64,000 bases of DNA. Origin: Catajapyx aquilonaris (lineage: Eukaryota). Shown here piece by piece: positions 24,001 through 38,700 of the stretch. The DNA lies in NCBI GenBank assembly GCA_000934665.2, contig KZ538377.1, positions 1 through 64,000 on the forward strand. Reading direction: 5' to 3'. Under the pieces are notes generated by a model, which made no database searches, was not told the DNA's origin, and saw nothing but the letters and a program-made list of their open reading frames with translations. Made by a program: the position numbers and the translations under genes. Numbering within the stretch: the first letter of the stretch is position 1; each line of letters begins with the position of its first letter.

Positions 24001-27000
24001 AGGAAGATTTATCCGGAGAGAAACGGGGCAAAACAATATGGGACATAATTTGTAGCTGGGAGGGTAAGATAAACGCTGCTGTTTCCGGTTGGTATAGAGT
24101 TCAGCTCTTTTGGGCTGGTGCATTATATCTTCTTATTTTGTCGGGGTTGTCACCGGATTTGATTAGTTAGTTCCGCTTTGAACCTATTAGCCTGAAACGA
24201 ACTCGTTTTCTTCGTCTGTGCAGGTCAGGTGTTTAAACAGTGACAAGGTTGCCTAATGAGCCGTCCAATAATTCACTTTGCAAATTATTGGGCCAGTTGT
24301 TATTTGTCTACATTATTCACTTAAACCGCAGTTTATTCAAGCGTTAAATAAACTGACGCCAATCAACCATCCCTCAACACAAACACACTCCTGATTCATA
24401 TAAATGCGATCCTGTTATTACTGATAATCTGAAAACTACCTATTTAGCCATAATTGACGAGGTATTAGTTGACACTTCACCAAATGGCGCCAATAACGCT
24501 GGCAGTAAACACGAGAATAATAGTTTAAACTATGTTCCCCCCGAATTGCGTTACGCCATCGTTTTCATCTCTACCGGGGGCATTGGTCCAGCAGATATGC
24601 CATACAGCTTTTGCGCTGTATAATACAAAACCCGGGCAATAGCCAGCCTTCCTACAACTCGGGCTTAGTCTGGATAACAAGAGTCTACGAGCAAAAGTCT
24701 GGGGCCGAACTCCCGTAAGGCTCTGCTGATTTAAAATTCCGATGCGGCCTTCCCAACTTAGAAAGGGCTTCAAGGCAATGCTGTGCAGGGAAAGGAAGAA
24801 AGAAAGAAGAAAAAAAAAATAGAAAACTAAATTATTTGTGGTGCCCGGATGGAAATGGACCTTCATAAGGGCACACAGGAGAGAACCAAATTTGCCCTTT
24901 ACTTTTTTTTTTGTCCCTTTTGCATGGAGGATCCTCCTTTCCGTGCTGGATATGTCATAAGCCCGATACTTGGGAATCATTTACGTGGCCCACTTTCTTG
25001 GTAAGAAAGTCTTCAGAATAAGGAACTTCACTTCAGTATAATCTCGTCATATATTACAGTTGCATTAGGCAAATTGTAATGTGGCCAGAGTATAATTCCC
25101 GTGAAATATTATCGGCAACAATTATGTAGGTAGCAACAAAAGTTTTGCACCTTCCTATTGTGCGTTATCAGTTTACAACAACAATGCAACAATAATACAC
25201 CTGTCAACAAATCATTCACATTAACTGATATCTCATCTCATTGTTTCCTTCGCAGGCACAAAACACCATTTTTATCGGGCACGTGGTTTCATACGGTCAA
25301 CAGTATCATGTTTATACAGGGATGAGAGATGAAAAAAGTCATACACATGCAGCATGGCTATACCGCTTATAATGACTGGCATTAAAATGTCCGCTGGCCA
25401 ATAATTTTATGCCCTCAGGGAAATTTCACGGACGTGATACGTTACCACTAACCGTGCTTTTGGATATTATCTGCTCACTATACTATATAGTAATTCATGC
25501 CGTATACTATTGTACAAAAAAGTGAACCTCCGCGCCGCTTATCGTGAACCAGTTGATGGTCGAAAACCTCAAGGGTGCTTATTACTTCCCAACTATTCAG
25601 TTATGGCGGCTTATGATATTCTTTGGGGAGTTATATGAAATGAAAAGCTGAAATGAAGAACTGTGGGTCTCAATGGTATGATTATGAGATATTGGGGCTT
25701 GAAATGTGTATAATTTTGAAGTGTCCCGCAGAGAATTGCAGACTACATTACACAAAATGCCCAACTAAATTTTGTCAAGTTTTTATTTTAAATAAATAAA
25801 TCATGTTTAAGAAGGCATTGAGCAAAAATAGCATAACGTACGTTTGCCTTGATCGACGTAGTGGATGCATTTCGAAACCTACGTTGCAATATATGTCGTT
25901 ATACGCGCATGAAGTTCGTTACAAATGCTGTAACTGTATCGCATTTTTCATCCCACCCACAAGTTAATTCTCGGGATACTGCGTGTACCACCATACACAC
26001 ACCCAGTTCGTGCCATATTACGGTTAACCATTTTGGCAGTCAGTAATAGGTTCTACGGATCAATTGAATTCCATACCACGTGCGGTGTACAAAGCTCGTG
26101 TTATATAGGTGTTTGCAGTACATTCAGGATTAGCGGCTACAGGCCCGGAAAGTGTAATTGTAACCAAACATAAATATCCGATTCATGCATTATTTGGTCC
26201 ATGTAGTTCAATGAACAGTACACTTTCTAGTCTGCCAACTTTTGTTAACATTTCCAGCATAACGGCACACTGCGTATTGTTCGAAATGAAACTATACAAT
26301 CCGCGTGATGAATTTTTAAAGGTAAATTTACTTCTGTCCACACCGGTCCATGATTGTTTTCTATTAATTATTATTGGTGAGTTGGCACAACATTGCTTGT
26401 TACTTCCAGGTGAATGCAATGCTCCCTCTAGAGAGTTTGTACCCCCAAAGAAATCATTTTGATTTTATTTGTGTAACATAGTTTTTCCTTGGACGGTCGC
26501 AATTTTAGTTTATGATAAAGTGTAGCCCAACATCGCCCTACTTCATATATTTCCCAGCATTTTTGGGTGGGATTTACACCACTTGCATTAGCTAAGGTAA
26601 ACAGTACTTGGATCATTTTTTTATCCCACCTTTTTCTAGGTTATACACGTGCCTTGAAAATAACACACCCCGCGGAATACTGCATTACAAGAAAATCCTC
26701 AGCTCAGCGTTAAAACACACGAGTCACAGGATCTGCCGAGGACACTATTTGCATGAAAACTAAGAACTCCCCCCCTATCCTCCCCTCTTTCCCCCTAAAA
26801 ACCCAGCACGCCTCGTTACACCCGGAAAGAGGAAACCAAACTTGGACACGTTCACTTCTTTTGTGCGGCGGCATTTCCACTCTACCGCTCCCATACCCCC
26901 CTTCCCCCAAAGGCTTTTTTTCTCCTTCTCCACCCCCCACCCTCAATTAGATCCAGCAAAAGCTGACTGGAAGATCGGGGGCAGTTCGTTATTGGGCTGG

Positions 27001-30000
27001 TGCGGGAAGGCGATATTGGACCTTCCTTAATACGAAATGGAGAGGGGTGAGCCCTATCCCTGCATACAAATGAGCTTAATCCGGTTGAGAAGAATGGAGG
27101 AGGAGACATTGGAAGGAAGGAAGAAGGAAGAAGAAGAAGAAGAAGGATGGAGAGGGGAAGGAGGATAGAAGCTGCTAATACTCAAAAAATGACGGCGCGA
27201 AGCTTCCATCTCCGGCCTTCTACTTGCTCTTCCAATAATGGGGGTTTGAATGATGGTAGCAGAGAAGGATGCCAATTTAGAGCGATGATATTGAAATGGG
27301 ATGGAGTTTTTTTTATTTTTGTAGTGGCCGGGTCAAATATTTTTGAGGGGGAAAGTTGTTTAGGACGAGGTTATTTTTGTCTGGAGTGGTGGACCTAATT
27401 GGGCATAAATTTTGGATGAATATGGGCGTTGGACCGTGTGTGTTGTTGTTTAATCCGAATTCAGAGTCAAACAGAGCGGGAGAGAATTGATTTCCAGTGC
27501 GATTTGCCTTCACATGCGGGGGATAAAATTAATTTGAATTGTTTTAGCCTCATAGGGAATTTCAGCATGTCCAGTCATCATTGGCCCCTCTTTTATTCAA
27601 TTCAATTTAGTTCAATGAGCATTGCAAATGTTGTGTATTATTAATTGGAAAAATGCACCTCCAAGATATTTTTGTTACTTAGACCCTCTAGATGATATTT
27701 TTCCGGAAGGTACCTTTGAACTCTAAAACATGTTTTAAAGCAAATAGCAGGTTCAGAATGAATGAAACTTATCAGTCTGCAAGAAATCAATACTTCAATC
27801 AAATACCCTCAATATCAAGCGTCTAGAGGGTAGTCACTAATACAAAAACAGTTAATTTTGGCACACTCCTGCATTTACAGTTAAATATCCGCCTCTTCCA
27901 TGTAAAATTAATTAAATCCGGGGACTGTCTTTCGGCGAGTAAGACTTGAACTTGCAAGGCACCATTCATCCAACCTGAAAATGATCATCGACCTTGCTAA
28001 TCCTTCTGGCCAGCTTCTGGCATACAAGTCCGCTGACCCTTGTATGATCCCCCCCTCTATAGACAATGAGGCTTCCTCCATCCTATAGAGAAGGAAAAAA
28101 TCCCCCTCCGTTTATAACAAAACCTCTGATGCCCCCACAATGCCAGTACCCTAAATCGGATGGAATTGGTAATTAACCTGCGTTAAAATGGCCATGGAAG
28201 CAAAAACACGGCCTCCCTTACCTCCCAACGACCTGTGCTGTACCGGACCACAAAGGATATACCCCATACCTTCCATCCTGGGAATAGGGCAGGTAGTCAC
28301 GCAACTAAGAGAAATGGCTGGAAATGGGAATGTGGTGGGGAAGGGGGGGAGAGGAAAATGTGGGGAGAGGCGGGGGGTGGGGGGAGTATATAGGGGAGAG
28401 GCGGGGGAGGGGGGGAAGCAGCGCGACGCAGGAGGCGCCTGAGACGCCAATATGTTTGGTTGGTGCGACGCTTAGTGTGCCGCGGGGCCCGCCGCCGTTC
28501 AGTTGCCTCATTCTTTGTCGGCCCGGAACACTTTCAGGTACGACGTTTCATCTCGTGCCCAATCAGCCAAGGAGGTGAGACAAGGAAGGTGCGCGGTCAT
28601 CTGAGGCGTCTGGAAGAAAGAGACTTGTTTGTATAACGGTTTAAGAAACAAATAATTGTCATTAATGTGTGTGTTAAATTCAAATTGTTAAAACTCCTGA
28701 AATGCAGAACGATGAGACAGGTCAAAATATTGATAATTAATTAAATTGATAATAATGGCTCCGTCGTAAAATTAACTGAAGAATAAGCAAGTACACGTCA
28801 ATTGCACCATTAATAAAATGTGACTCTAATCGATCTGCAAAGCAGGTATCACTATTGTACTACCTGATGTTGCAAATCTTCAAACCACATTATTGTCTGG
28901 ACCGAATTTGTCAGATGTTGTACCGGTTGGCAATTATGTTGAACACGTGTGTAGATGCGATTATAAACGTGAGACTGGTCTTATCTAGATTGGTGTAGGC
29001 AGATTTTCCGGCTGACGTTTTTTGCTAATCGGTGAGCTTATACCTGGAGGCCTGGGAGTGTCAAGGAAGATATCAGATCTACGCTTCGATTGGCCTAAGC
29101 GGGGTTTATGTATAGAATTGGTGCGTCGTGTCCCAGCCATTTGTACGGTAATTTGGGGGAATAGATGATGTGAATGCTAATTTCCTGTCTGCAAATATTT
29201 TCGTTCAATTTTGCTAACCTTATATTGAGAGCTTTCGCAGTGTCTTATCAAAATATTAATTTGTAACAAGGCAGCTGCACCTTTTCACACGATTCTTGTG
29301 CTCAACTCTGTAAAGGCTTCTACGCTAGCCTACAATGTTATAAATAATTTATCGGTGCTACCTGATTGGATTCAATTACTGTATTTGTTAAATTTAAAAT
29401 ATATATGCTATTAGCCTATGTAGGCGCACAATCAGTCAACATATTAATTGACAAACATTTCACTTCATATTAGCCACATTTCCCTCCAGTTTCATATAAA
29501 TAATTATTATACCTAATATGAAACTTGAAACATATTTTATTATCAACTTATATCTAACTTATTTATATATAAGTTCGCAATGAAAATATTTTTATGACTT
29601 TATTGACGTGATATTTTAAAGCACACCACAGGTATCTCGTAAAGGTCAGCATATTCTGCATGCGGTTTCATGCTGGGAATCCTCTTATAAATGATGCCCA
29701 AAGCACATCTCCACTCCTCTTTTTTAACTAATGTGTACTCCCACAATTTAACATGTATAATTGCCAGTACACGGTATCCCTCTTTACTCTCCCCTTAGTG
29801 TGTGCTTTGGTTGGAAACAGGGGAAATGCAGAGGGCACCCCAGTAACTTCATTACTTTCTCGAAATTGGCTAAACCTCGCTGGCGGGCAACGTGATGCCC
29901 GTCAAAGAGAAACAACCGAATTCCGTTCATTTGGTACCTGATAATTATTTTCCCCGCGCTCATTATCCGGCACAGAATGCACTAAAACACGATGATCCTG

Positions 30001-32335
30001 GAACCCCTTCCCACCCCCTCAAAAAAGAGGCATTATACCAATGGCCCCTTTCAGCACCTGTACATTTTGTGTAACTCCCCAACGGTCCCGTCCACCCATT
30101 CACATCACGGAGTGTCTGGCTGAAAAGGTATCGTATGGTGCTGAGGGTTGGCCCACATCACTACCCTTTTCCCCCCTCAGAGTAATTACAGCACATTGGG
30201 CAATAGGCGTATGCCTAATTGCAACATTCCTAGCCACGGGGATCCTGCGCAGTGAAAGAACGCGAGGCATGTTGCCGGATATCCGCAGACACGCGATACT
30301 CTACTGATCGATTTTAATCACCGGGACAGCTTCGATGCCGCCGAGGAAAATTCGGGGGTTTTTGTCCACAATCCACAACCTATATGCAGGCCAGTTGGAA
30401 AGAATTCTGGGATTTTATAATATTATTTTAGCTATTTTTTATATAAAAAGGGAAAGATAATGTACAGGACATATTTGTAACGAATGTGCACGTACTGTGT
30501 GTTTTGTAACAAAGTTTTCTCAGCCATTTTAGTATTTAATATGCAGCCATGTTAAATTTACTGTCACATCTCATTTCAGTGGCATTAAGTGCCTAGATCA
30601 AAGGGTGCAGCCTGAGCACATACTCATTTTGCTGCTTATAATCTATGCTGGCATGGTTCTAAAGCCAAATAGGAATTTATTTCCGGAACATTATGCATGG
30701 AGCGCTACGTACAGAGTGCAACGTAATAATGCACTATACTGGAGAAACCCACACTCTGCACCTTGTTATATATTAATGTGACCCTATACAGCCTCAGTGC
30801 AGGTCACGCACTTCCTGCGGTTTATAATACACACAGATTCATGGAAGGCACAACATATGTTACCTCTAAACGCGTTATAACGTACTAAAACCTCGCCATT
30901 ACTGCTGAGCTCTTGTCGTATGATATGGAAAGTAAAGGTCTCACAGCGCATTGTTTTTTTTTTTGTATTCAGTGCCAATAACAGCTAGATATTTTAAAAT
31001 TCTGGAAGGCGTCTAGGAATAGATGTCGTAGGCGATCGGGTGCCTTTCAGTGGTGTAAGGCTGAAAGGAAAAGCAAAAAAGGGTCGGTTTATTTCGCATC
31101 GAATCGCTTTTTCTCTTCCATCGGAGACTGGTCCTTTTTTATGCCTGGCTCTGATCGACACTAAAACTCGCGTGGTCTTGCCGAGTGCTTCAATGAGAAG
31201 TCCGGAGAAAGAGGATTGTCCGCCTTCTGAATGTTGCGCCCAGGACATGCTTGGTTGTAAAGTTTCGAGACTGCTGGAGTCATTCAAAAGGAAAGGAAAC
31301 ATGCATTGTGCACCAGCGTGGTCTGGGGATGTATCAAATGCACGCGGTTTTATCTGTACCATGTAAGATATGTGTCCTGCAGGCTGGTTCGAATGGAAAA
31401 CAGTTCCACTTGCAGCAGTACTGTACCAGCCACGAGGTAGACCTATGGAATTCCGATATAACACACAAAATGCAATTTTGTGGTCAGTGCGTACACACCG
31501 CATTAAGCCCATATTTTCAGTATACAGAGCACAAAATGTTTCAAGAAAAATGCCGGTTTTAGCAGGATTAATGCATAAATTGGGTTTATTCCTTGTTGCT
31601 AATTTTCGTCGCTTATGTAGAACATGAAAGAAAATAAGCTCAATGAAGTGGGGACATTCCGCTTGCTAAATGGGACGTTTTAATAATATTGCTTCTGCAG
31701 CGAAACTTAACCGCCAGAAAAAAGCTATTTGCATTTCATCACATGCACGGTACATGTGTAGTCCCACAACGGCAGGACATAACGAACCTTTCGGCAATTT
31801 TCCTCTCGAAGTGCTGTTTCCAGCACCGCCAAGGACCTCTTCACCTCAAGGAGCCTGGAAACTCTTGGTTTCAGTAATGAGGTCTGCGGCAGTAACGATT
31901 CTCCTGAACTTGATGATTTTATTCTCCTTTCACCCACCCTCCCATCCACTGCTGAGATCGTTGTCTTTGTAGCCCTGAGGTTAACTTTCAATTCGGAGCA
32001 GAGTCAATGCCACGTCAGCACATTTGCTCAACTACCGTCTCCCCGCAGCGGCTGTAATTCCAGCCTAATGGTATTTGCATACCGGTATTAAATTAAGTTA
32101 CTCCCGTTGTTGTTGAGAACCGTTACGCCGTTGATGGTAATGCCACAATGATCTAGAGCGAGCCAGGCAATAAGATCGTAATAAAAGTCACCAGAAAGTA
32201 CTTAAAGCAACACCAGACTACCGCATTTGCTCTGGTATTTACATATTAATACTGTAAAATCCGTAACTAATAGCGTAATGCCTGAAATATTACTCTCCGA
32301 CTACATGTACTTTGGCAAATAATGTTTCTTATTGC

Positions 32336-32796
32336 TACAGTACCCACTGAATAACTTCTCCAAAAGTAGGCGGTGACCTCTGCCCCTCCAGACATCCTAT
32401 GCGATCTGATTGGCGGAACAGAGGTCCCCCACGCTCTGATCCACCAATCAGATTGCTTAGGAAATGGTGTGTACAGTACGGTCCGTAAGAAATCCTCTGT
32501 TGAAACCCTGCCGTGTATTACCGTGCAAATAAAAAACCAAGACACTTAAAAAATATCTATATCAACTAGACAATTTTGTGAAAAGTTGACGTTCGGTGCG
32601 CGAAGATTCCATGTCTCTAGATTGTGTTGTAAAGGAGAAAAAAATCCAAATAAAATGCCTCTACACACCATGTTATAAGATAGGCCAAAACTATTGCCAT
32701 CTCGTGGCAAAGTTTTACCCTACCAAAGGGGTTACAATCGGCCTTGCAATATTTAGGACATGCCTATTTTTGTGAGAAGCTAGGCTTTGGGTAGTA
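32336..32796. mobile_element. MITE-like element, family A, long copy
   Basis: Same TIRs (cagtacccactgaataacttctccaaaagtaggc / gcctatttttgtgagaagctaggctttgggta) and shared internal segments (gacctctgcc...gcgatctgattgg...taagaaatcctc; gcaatatttaggacatgcctattt). Confidence 0.75.
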
Positions 32797-35700
32797 CAGT
32801 AGGCTACTTTTTGCACAGTTTTGCGCAAAACTAATTTTTATTTTAGAATTCGTGCAATGTCGCTCAAGTGAGAATTCCCTCCAGTCATCTCCATCTCAGA
32901 ACTGGAAAAGCCATCTAGCCAGCGCTGCCTGCATATCCAACGGCCTCTAAAGACTTTGGAACGTGTTGACCTACAGCAATCGGCCGGATCAAAGACCCTG
33001 GGTCTATCTTAGTTCCACCGTCGTTTGTAAACATTGGTAGGAATCGTCTGCCCTCCCCCACNCCCCCTCAAAGGCTCGCCTCAGCCACTCCCCTCCTCTC
33101 TTCCTTTCCCTTTAACCCGTTATTCAAATCAACTGAGTCCGTACGTGATCAGCAAGTAAGGCTTGCCTGGAGAATAGTAGGAGGGGGAACCCCATTATCG
33201 TAGGATTCTCCGTATTCCACGCAGCTTCCGGACTGCATTATCCAGGCCAGTCTCTTTGAAGAGGTCTGGCACACTCCAGTGTTGCTGGAGTGTCTAGGGA
33301 GCCCCATGGAATTATAGCCGGTCTGATGATGCCATAAATTAAGGCTGGGGAAATGCGAAGTTTGCTTGTCCAGGTTTGCGCTACGTTTTTTTTTTTTTGC
33401 AAATACTAGCAGGGAGGATTAGATGGGCTTCGGCCCAAAAACCACCATCATTGCTGTACTTCCTATCGATTGGCACGTGTGCAGGAAACAAATATTGAAA
33501 TATTGCGGCTACTATGCGGAACAATAGTTTTTCTTGGTGAGCTGTAATAATAGCCGGTTTTATATGGAAGGAGGAAAAAAAAGTAAGTTTATTAGGCACA
33601 CAAAAGAAACTTGTGTAACGAGGCAGGAGTTCCCCTCGATTTATCACAGGGAATCGTCCCAGGATTATTGTCGAGGGCCGTTGCAGGGGCCCCCGGAATG
33701 TCCGTTGGTCCCTGCAGATGCGCTGGGAAAAGATGTCAGAAGCTTCTCCTTTCCGGAGATGTACGGCCTTCCGGTGAAGGGAGTGGCTCCTCCACTTTAG
33801 AAAGACATATTGAGGGCAATTTCCTGGCCTTTTGTTGTTGATAAAAAAGAAGAGAGAAAGGGAAAAAAGTTTTAAAAACATGGCGAGGGGTTCTTTGTCA
33901 GCAGACGCCCTGAAATCCGATCTCCGTTTGGACATTCCAGACATTCTCATGGCGGTAATCTCATGGTCATTACGAGACCGTCCGTGCAAAGGGGGGATTG
34001 GACATGAAATTTTACGCAACTCCAGGCTCTAAAAGGCTTAGCAATTATTCAGAAACACTGAGTAGTCTATTAATGGTTAAACCGTTTAAACAAAGGCCTA
34101 ATGCGGGCGTGATGAATGTACAGAACAGCTTGTTGAATATTATAGGACATTTTTTTTCCAGGGAGGTCCCTATGTGGTTTCCCCTTAAACTTTATCCTCC
34201 TCGCGCGTTATTGGATGATGGGGTAGAACTTGGTTCGCTGTTGGCGAGATGAAGCTGGGGAAGCGCGTCTGCATGATTTATGCACCCATTGTCCCCGGGC
34301 TCTGCCATTCCTAAATTATTTAGGGGCAGACGTGCGAAAATTTCCGCCAAGCAGATGAATATTGCTCCCTTCTGATTGAAGTGCACCCCAAGTCTAGCAG
34401 GAATGACATCTATGATCTATGTAGCTCGTGCGCAAATTAATTTTCTGCCCGGATAGTACTTATGCATAATGCAGTCAACATTTAGGCAACAAGAGTCGGA
34501 AATCCATCGCGATCTATTATAAGGTTCCGGGATTTTTTTTTCGTTAACGAGCGGGTCAGGTAATTAACGCTCCTGCAATCGGCTGCAAATTATTCACATG
34601 GCGCTTGAAATTGAGCCACCGAGTTTGTTATCGCATCACGAAATGACAATAATATTCCGAGAAATAATGGCCTCGAAAAAGCGGCAATTAATCGTCTTGA
34701 AGCCCCAGCCACTTGATGAATGCCCCGCATCATTCCCATATGTGTAGTAATTAAACTCGCAGCCCACTGGAAACAGTGAAGTGGTAAATACATAATGAAG
34801 CGCAGGTGATTAGGGTTGGAAACTAACGGCCATGTTGGAAGAGACGCCTCCAATGAGAGTTTTGGTGGGGGGGTTCCCGGGTCGAAGGGTGGGCGTCGGT
34901 GGGTGGGGTAGATTGGTAGGCATCATGGAGCACGTATGCTCCCTAGCTGTCCTTCTGTGTCAAAGTTGCTTTCATCGCGTTTCAAAAGCCAGGTTTTGAC
35001 GCTGATGTATTATGGCGCAGATTTAACGCGAGATGGCAGAACCAGATTGTAAATGTACAGGACGTGACAACGTTGCACAAAATCTCTGCTACAGGAGCCA
35101 ACCTGGGGCCCGCGCAAAAAAAACAGGTATGAAACTGCAATTTTGTAGCGAGCATGTATCTCCAACTAATATATTGTCCAGCTTCTTCGTCTAACCACAT
35201 TTGTCAACAATGGCGGTCATTGTAGGTCGAGACTATGTCCTAGGCTCAGATTCATCTTCCTTTCTCCTCCTCCCCCCTACGTCCAGATTCAAGTACAAAC
35301 AATTGATTTCCGGATGTCGGCTCTCCAGCGGAGCTTGGCCTCCTCCTTTGTCAAGCCATCATGAATCGCGGCAGTCTCTCCCAAAGTAAAAGGATCGAGG
35401 CTTGAGCATCAGGCCTTCCCTTGTTTGTGCAAAGGATGAGGCGCTTTCCCGCCCTCGCTTGTCCCGATTATTCTCCGGGACACTGAAAATGAATTCCACA
35501 CTATAGAGAGAGAGAGAGAGTACTTGGACGGATTCCCCGCAGTATAACGATCGATGATCTCCAGCACCGGGCTGTGCAGAACCTGCCGATGTGTTATATA
35601 CTCTCAGTGTGTCAGCCTCCATCTTGATCCCTACACACCTACCGGCCATTCCTGGAAATGATGGAACAAAAGGAACGTACCAAAAAAAAAAAAGTCGTTG

Positions 35701-38700
35701 AGAAAATGGGGAAATTTCCCTGGGATGGCGTTGTCTGAAGGGGTAGGGTAGAATTTGGCACAAGTTTCATCATTCCGTATCGGTCGGTGGGGAATGGCAT
35801 GCGTCATTTCCTCGGGGCCATTCTGCAACCGAGAGAATTACGCCGCCTGGGATCGTTTCCCTTTCAAATCCAACCCCCCCTCCTCTAGATTCGCCTCGTT
35901 ATCGGAAGATAGAGGGTCGAATCGTTGAGTGGGGCTCCTCTGCTGGGTGCTGATGAAAGCGTCGCAAAGTCAAAACATCGTTAGCGGTTTATCGCGCCCC
36001 TGGCTCTGATTCCGCGCTTATTACTGGATTCCCAATGCAAATACTAAGAAATTGGCTTTTGATAAACACAGATGAAGCAGTCAATACCAGAAATTTCGAG
36101 AAATCTAAGGAGGTAGCGCAGGTTTAAATATAACGTAATTCTCCCATTTATGAATTAAATTCGCATTTAAGCGATAAACAAGGCCCATGAATTGCTGATT
36201 ATTTTACATATAAAATACCGTAAGACTCCTTAAACGGCCCTCCTTTATACATATCGATATTCCATCATGCTGTATCGATATTCCTGGGTGGCGTCCTGAT
36301 CCATGATTGGCTCATTCTCAGGACAGAGAGGCGGAAGGACTTTCTACTTTATACGCATAGATGACACAATTTTGTGCGCGATGACACCTATCTGAATTTC
36401 ACCCCAGGTGAATGCAATTCTGAACCTGTGATGAGTTCAGCCATGACTGGCAGGCTTTCTCTAGAGTAGGACATAGCGTTTTTCGAACCTATAGGTCATT
36501 TCGACAGGGACGAAATTCTCTTCCGGGAACTGATGGTTTCGCCTGCCAGTCTTGCATAAAACAAATCAAACCGATGCGATAGAAGATAGGAAAAGTGAAG
36601 TGCAGGAGCAGCTGGCAGCGGGAATGAAAAGGAGGAATTGCCCCGGGGAGTGAAAAAGTGGCATGGACCAAGGAAGGAAGAAGAAGGGTTGGTGGAAATT
36701 TAGCATGGAATAAGTATGAAGAGGAAGGGAGGGAATCCGTTTCGTCTCTCGGAGGATCCCTAGGGAGGAATTGGGCTGGTTGAAAAAGGAAGAGGTAGCT
36801 CCCATGGGTTCCTCTGCAGGCAAATCGTCTTATCGGCACTGCTGCTCCGGTATTGAGCAGCTCCGGATTTTCTCCTCCGGTGTAAGGGAAGAGCTATGCC
36901 TCGGTGATAGTTTTCCCCCCATCTACCACTTTGCTCATTCTTCTCAATTCTCATCATGGACTGTGCCTGCCTCTCTGGTCCTCTCAAATCAATTATCACT
37001 TGGCTCTCGGCGCTCGCTTTTACTGTAACGTACAAATTCAGAAAGTGTACAGTGCACTTGTCAGTTGAATGTGCAGAGTTGTACAGTACTGTCGAGCAGT
37101 TAATGCACTCTGATAGTTAATTATTAAAATGCGTCTTTTTTTCTAAAATGTGCGAGTCAAACAGGCTACTGCATCAAAGCAGTACCATAATTAATTCAAC
37201 TGGAATAGTGTTGAATTAAGTATAACTTACTACTAACAAGACACACTATTTTATATAACCATGCAACTTAATTCGTCCAAAATGTAAAAGTGTTGTCAAA
37301 GCAAAACCGTCTGCTTCTTCAAATAAACATGTTAAAACTAATTGAAGCCGTGGAGTGCGGAAACAAGTTCATGTAAACGAAAGCTTTGAGGTAACGTGCG
37401 AGATGAAATTGAATTAACCGCCTTGGCCCCTCCCAAAAAAATACACATCATGAAAAATAAAATGAAGAAGGCTTATTTGGTTACGGCCAACTTTTTGAGT
37501 TACCGCTAAATTGTTTTTCATAATAAGGGGACGAAACAGACCGGATTATCGTCTTTGATGGAACTTTAAGCCTTTCCTCTGCTTATGACAATTTTTGGCC
37601 CGGAGCTTAAACAAGAGAACTTTAAAATGGCTGAACCGTGGAGAATAATCGATGCATGAAAATTACCCAGCTTTAGAGAACTTGCCTTAATCGGAACTGC
37701 AATATAACAACTGTAAATCGTTTTAGTCGCCACAAAAGGTGCCGCGTAAAAGAAACTCAAAAGTCGTTGAAAAAAAAGAGTACGAAACCCTTCAAAGTAG
37801 GTGTGAATAGAACCGTCTCAGTTTTATTGGATTTCCAGGAACTTTTTTTGACAGAACCTGACATTTCAATTTACAAGAATCTCTGGGGTTTAATAACTTT
37901 CGCAGGAGGAGTCATGTCGATTTTGAACCAGTACATTCAATCTTCTGACTTCCACTGATTGATTTGTCAGTATCATGTGGCGAAGTTCATATTGAGGCTT
38001 ATACACTTGGGGAAAAAACCTTCGTCTTGTTATATGAAATGGTTCGTGAATTTGTAACATTTTCCACCTTTCTGCACCCATTTTATACGTTTCTTAGGCA
38101 TCAGCTTTACGTGTGCAACAAGTCAAGAGAAATAGCGGACTTTGACGGCCTAGTTTGTTCCCAGGGAACATGAAAATCAATATGACGTGGTTTTAGAGGA
38201 GAGTTGGAACTTAGAGGAGGATAATGGAAATTGATGTTTCTTGGAAATGGCGATGAACTTTCACTAAAAATCGGGCTGTACTCTGCATATTTTTACAGGC
38301 GTTTGTTCGTTTAAAAGCGAATAAATATAATACTTCACGTATGTTGGATTTATAAAATATACATATGCATGAAAAACAGTCACAAGTAACTCTTTTGTCA
38401 AGTATGTCTTTTCGCTTTTATGTAGTTCACTATTGTCCATTATCAAACCAAATTACATGTTTAGTATCAGTGAATTGCAATCAAATATAATGGCAGGTTA
38501 TTTAATTTCATCATTAATAAATTGAATCTCGCTACTGAATTATTTACCTGACAATATTATAGTATGACCCGTGTGGTTGGGGGTACTAAACACTGTCCAG
38601 TTGAAAACAGTATTACTGTTTTAGCCCCTGAAAAGCCGACCATTTGTGAACCAAGAGAGGCGCATGGGTTAGCTGACTTTCAGGATGAAGTCCAAATCAG

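Noticed and set aside
26109..26616. Cluster of short ORFs on both strands
   Set aside because: No homology or splice pattern recognised.
30994..31512. 172-aa minus-strand ORF and overlapping plus-strand ORFs
   Set aside because: No recognisable domain and no consistent exon boundaries.
33381..34019. Longest track ORF (212 aa, minus strand)
   Set aside because: Non-ATG start, homopolymer-driven composition, no motif or splice support.
37500..38180. Stretch with a coding-like feel (possible decayed transposase)
   Set aside because: No catalytic motif or coherent frame could be reconstructed by eye; a translated search would be needed.
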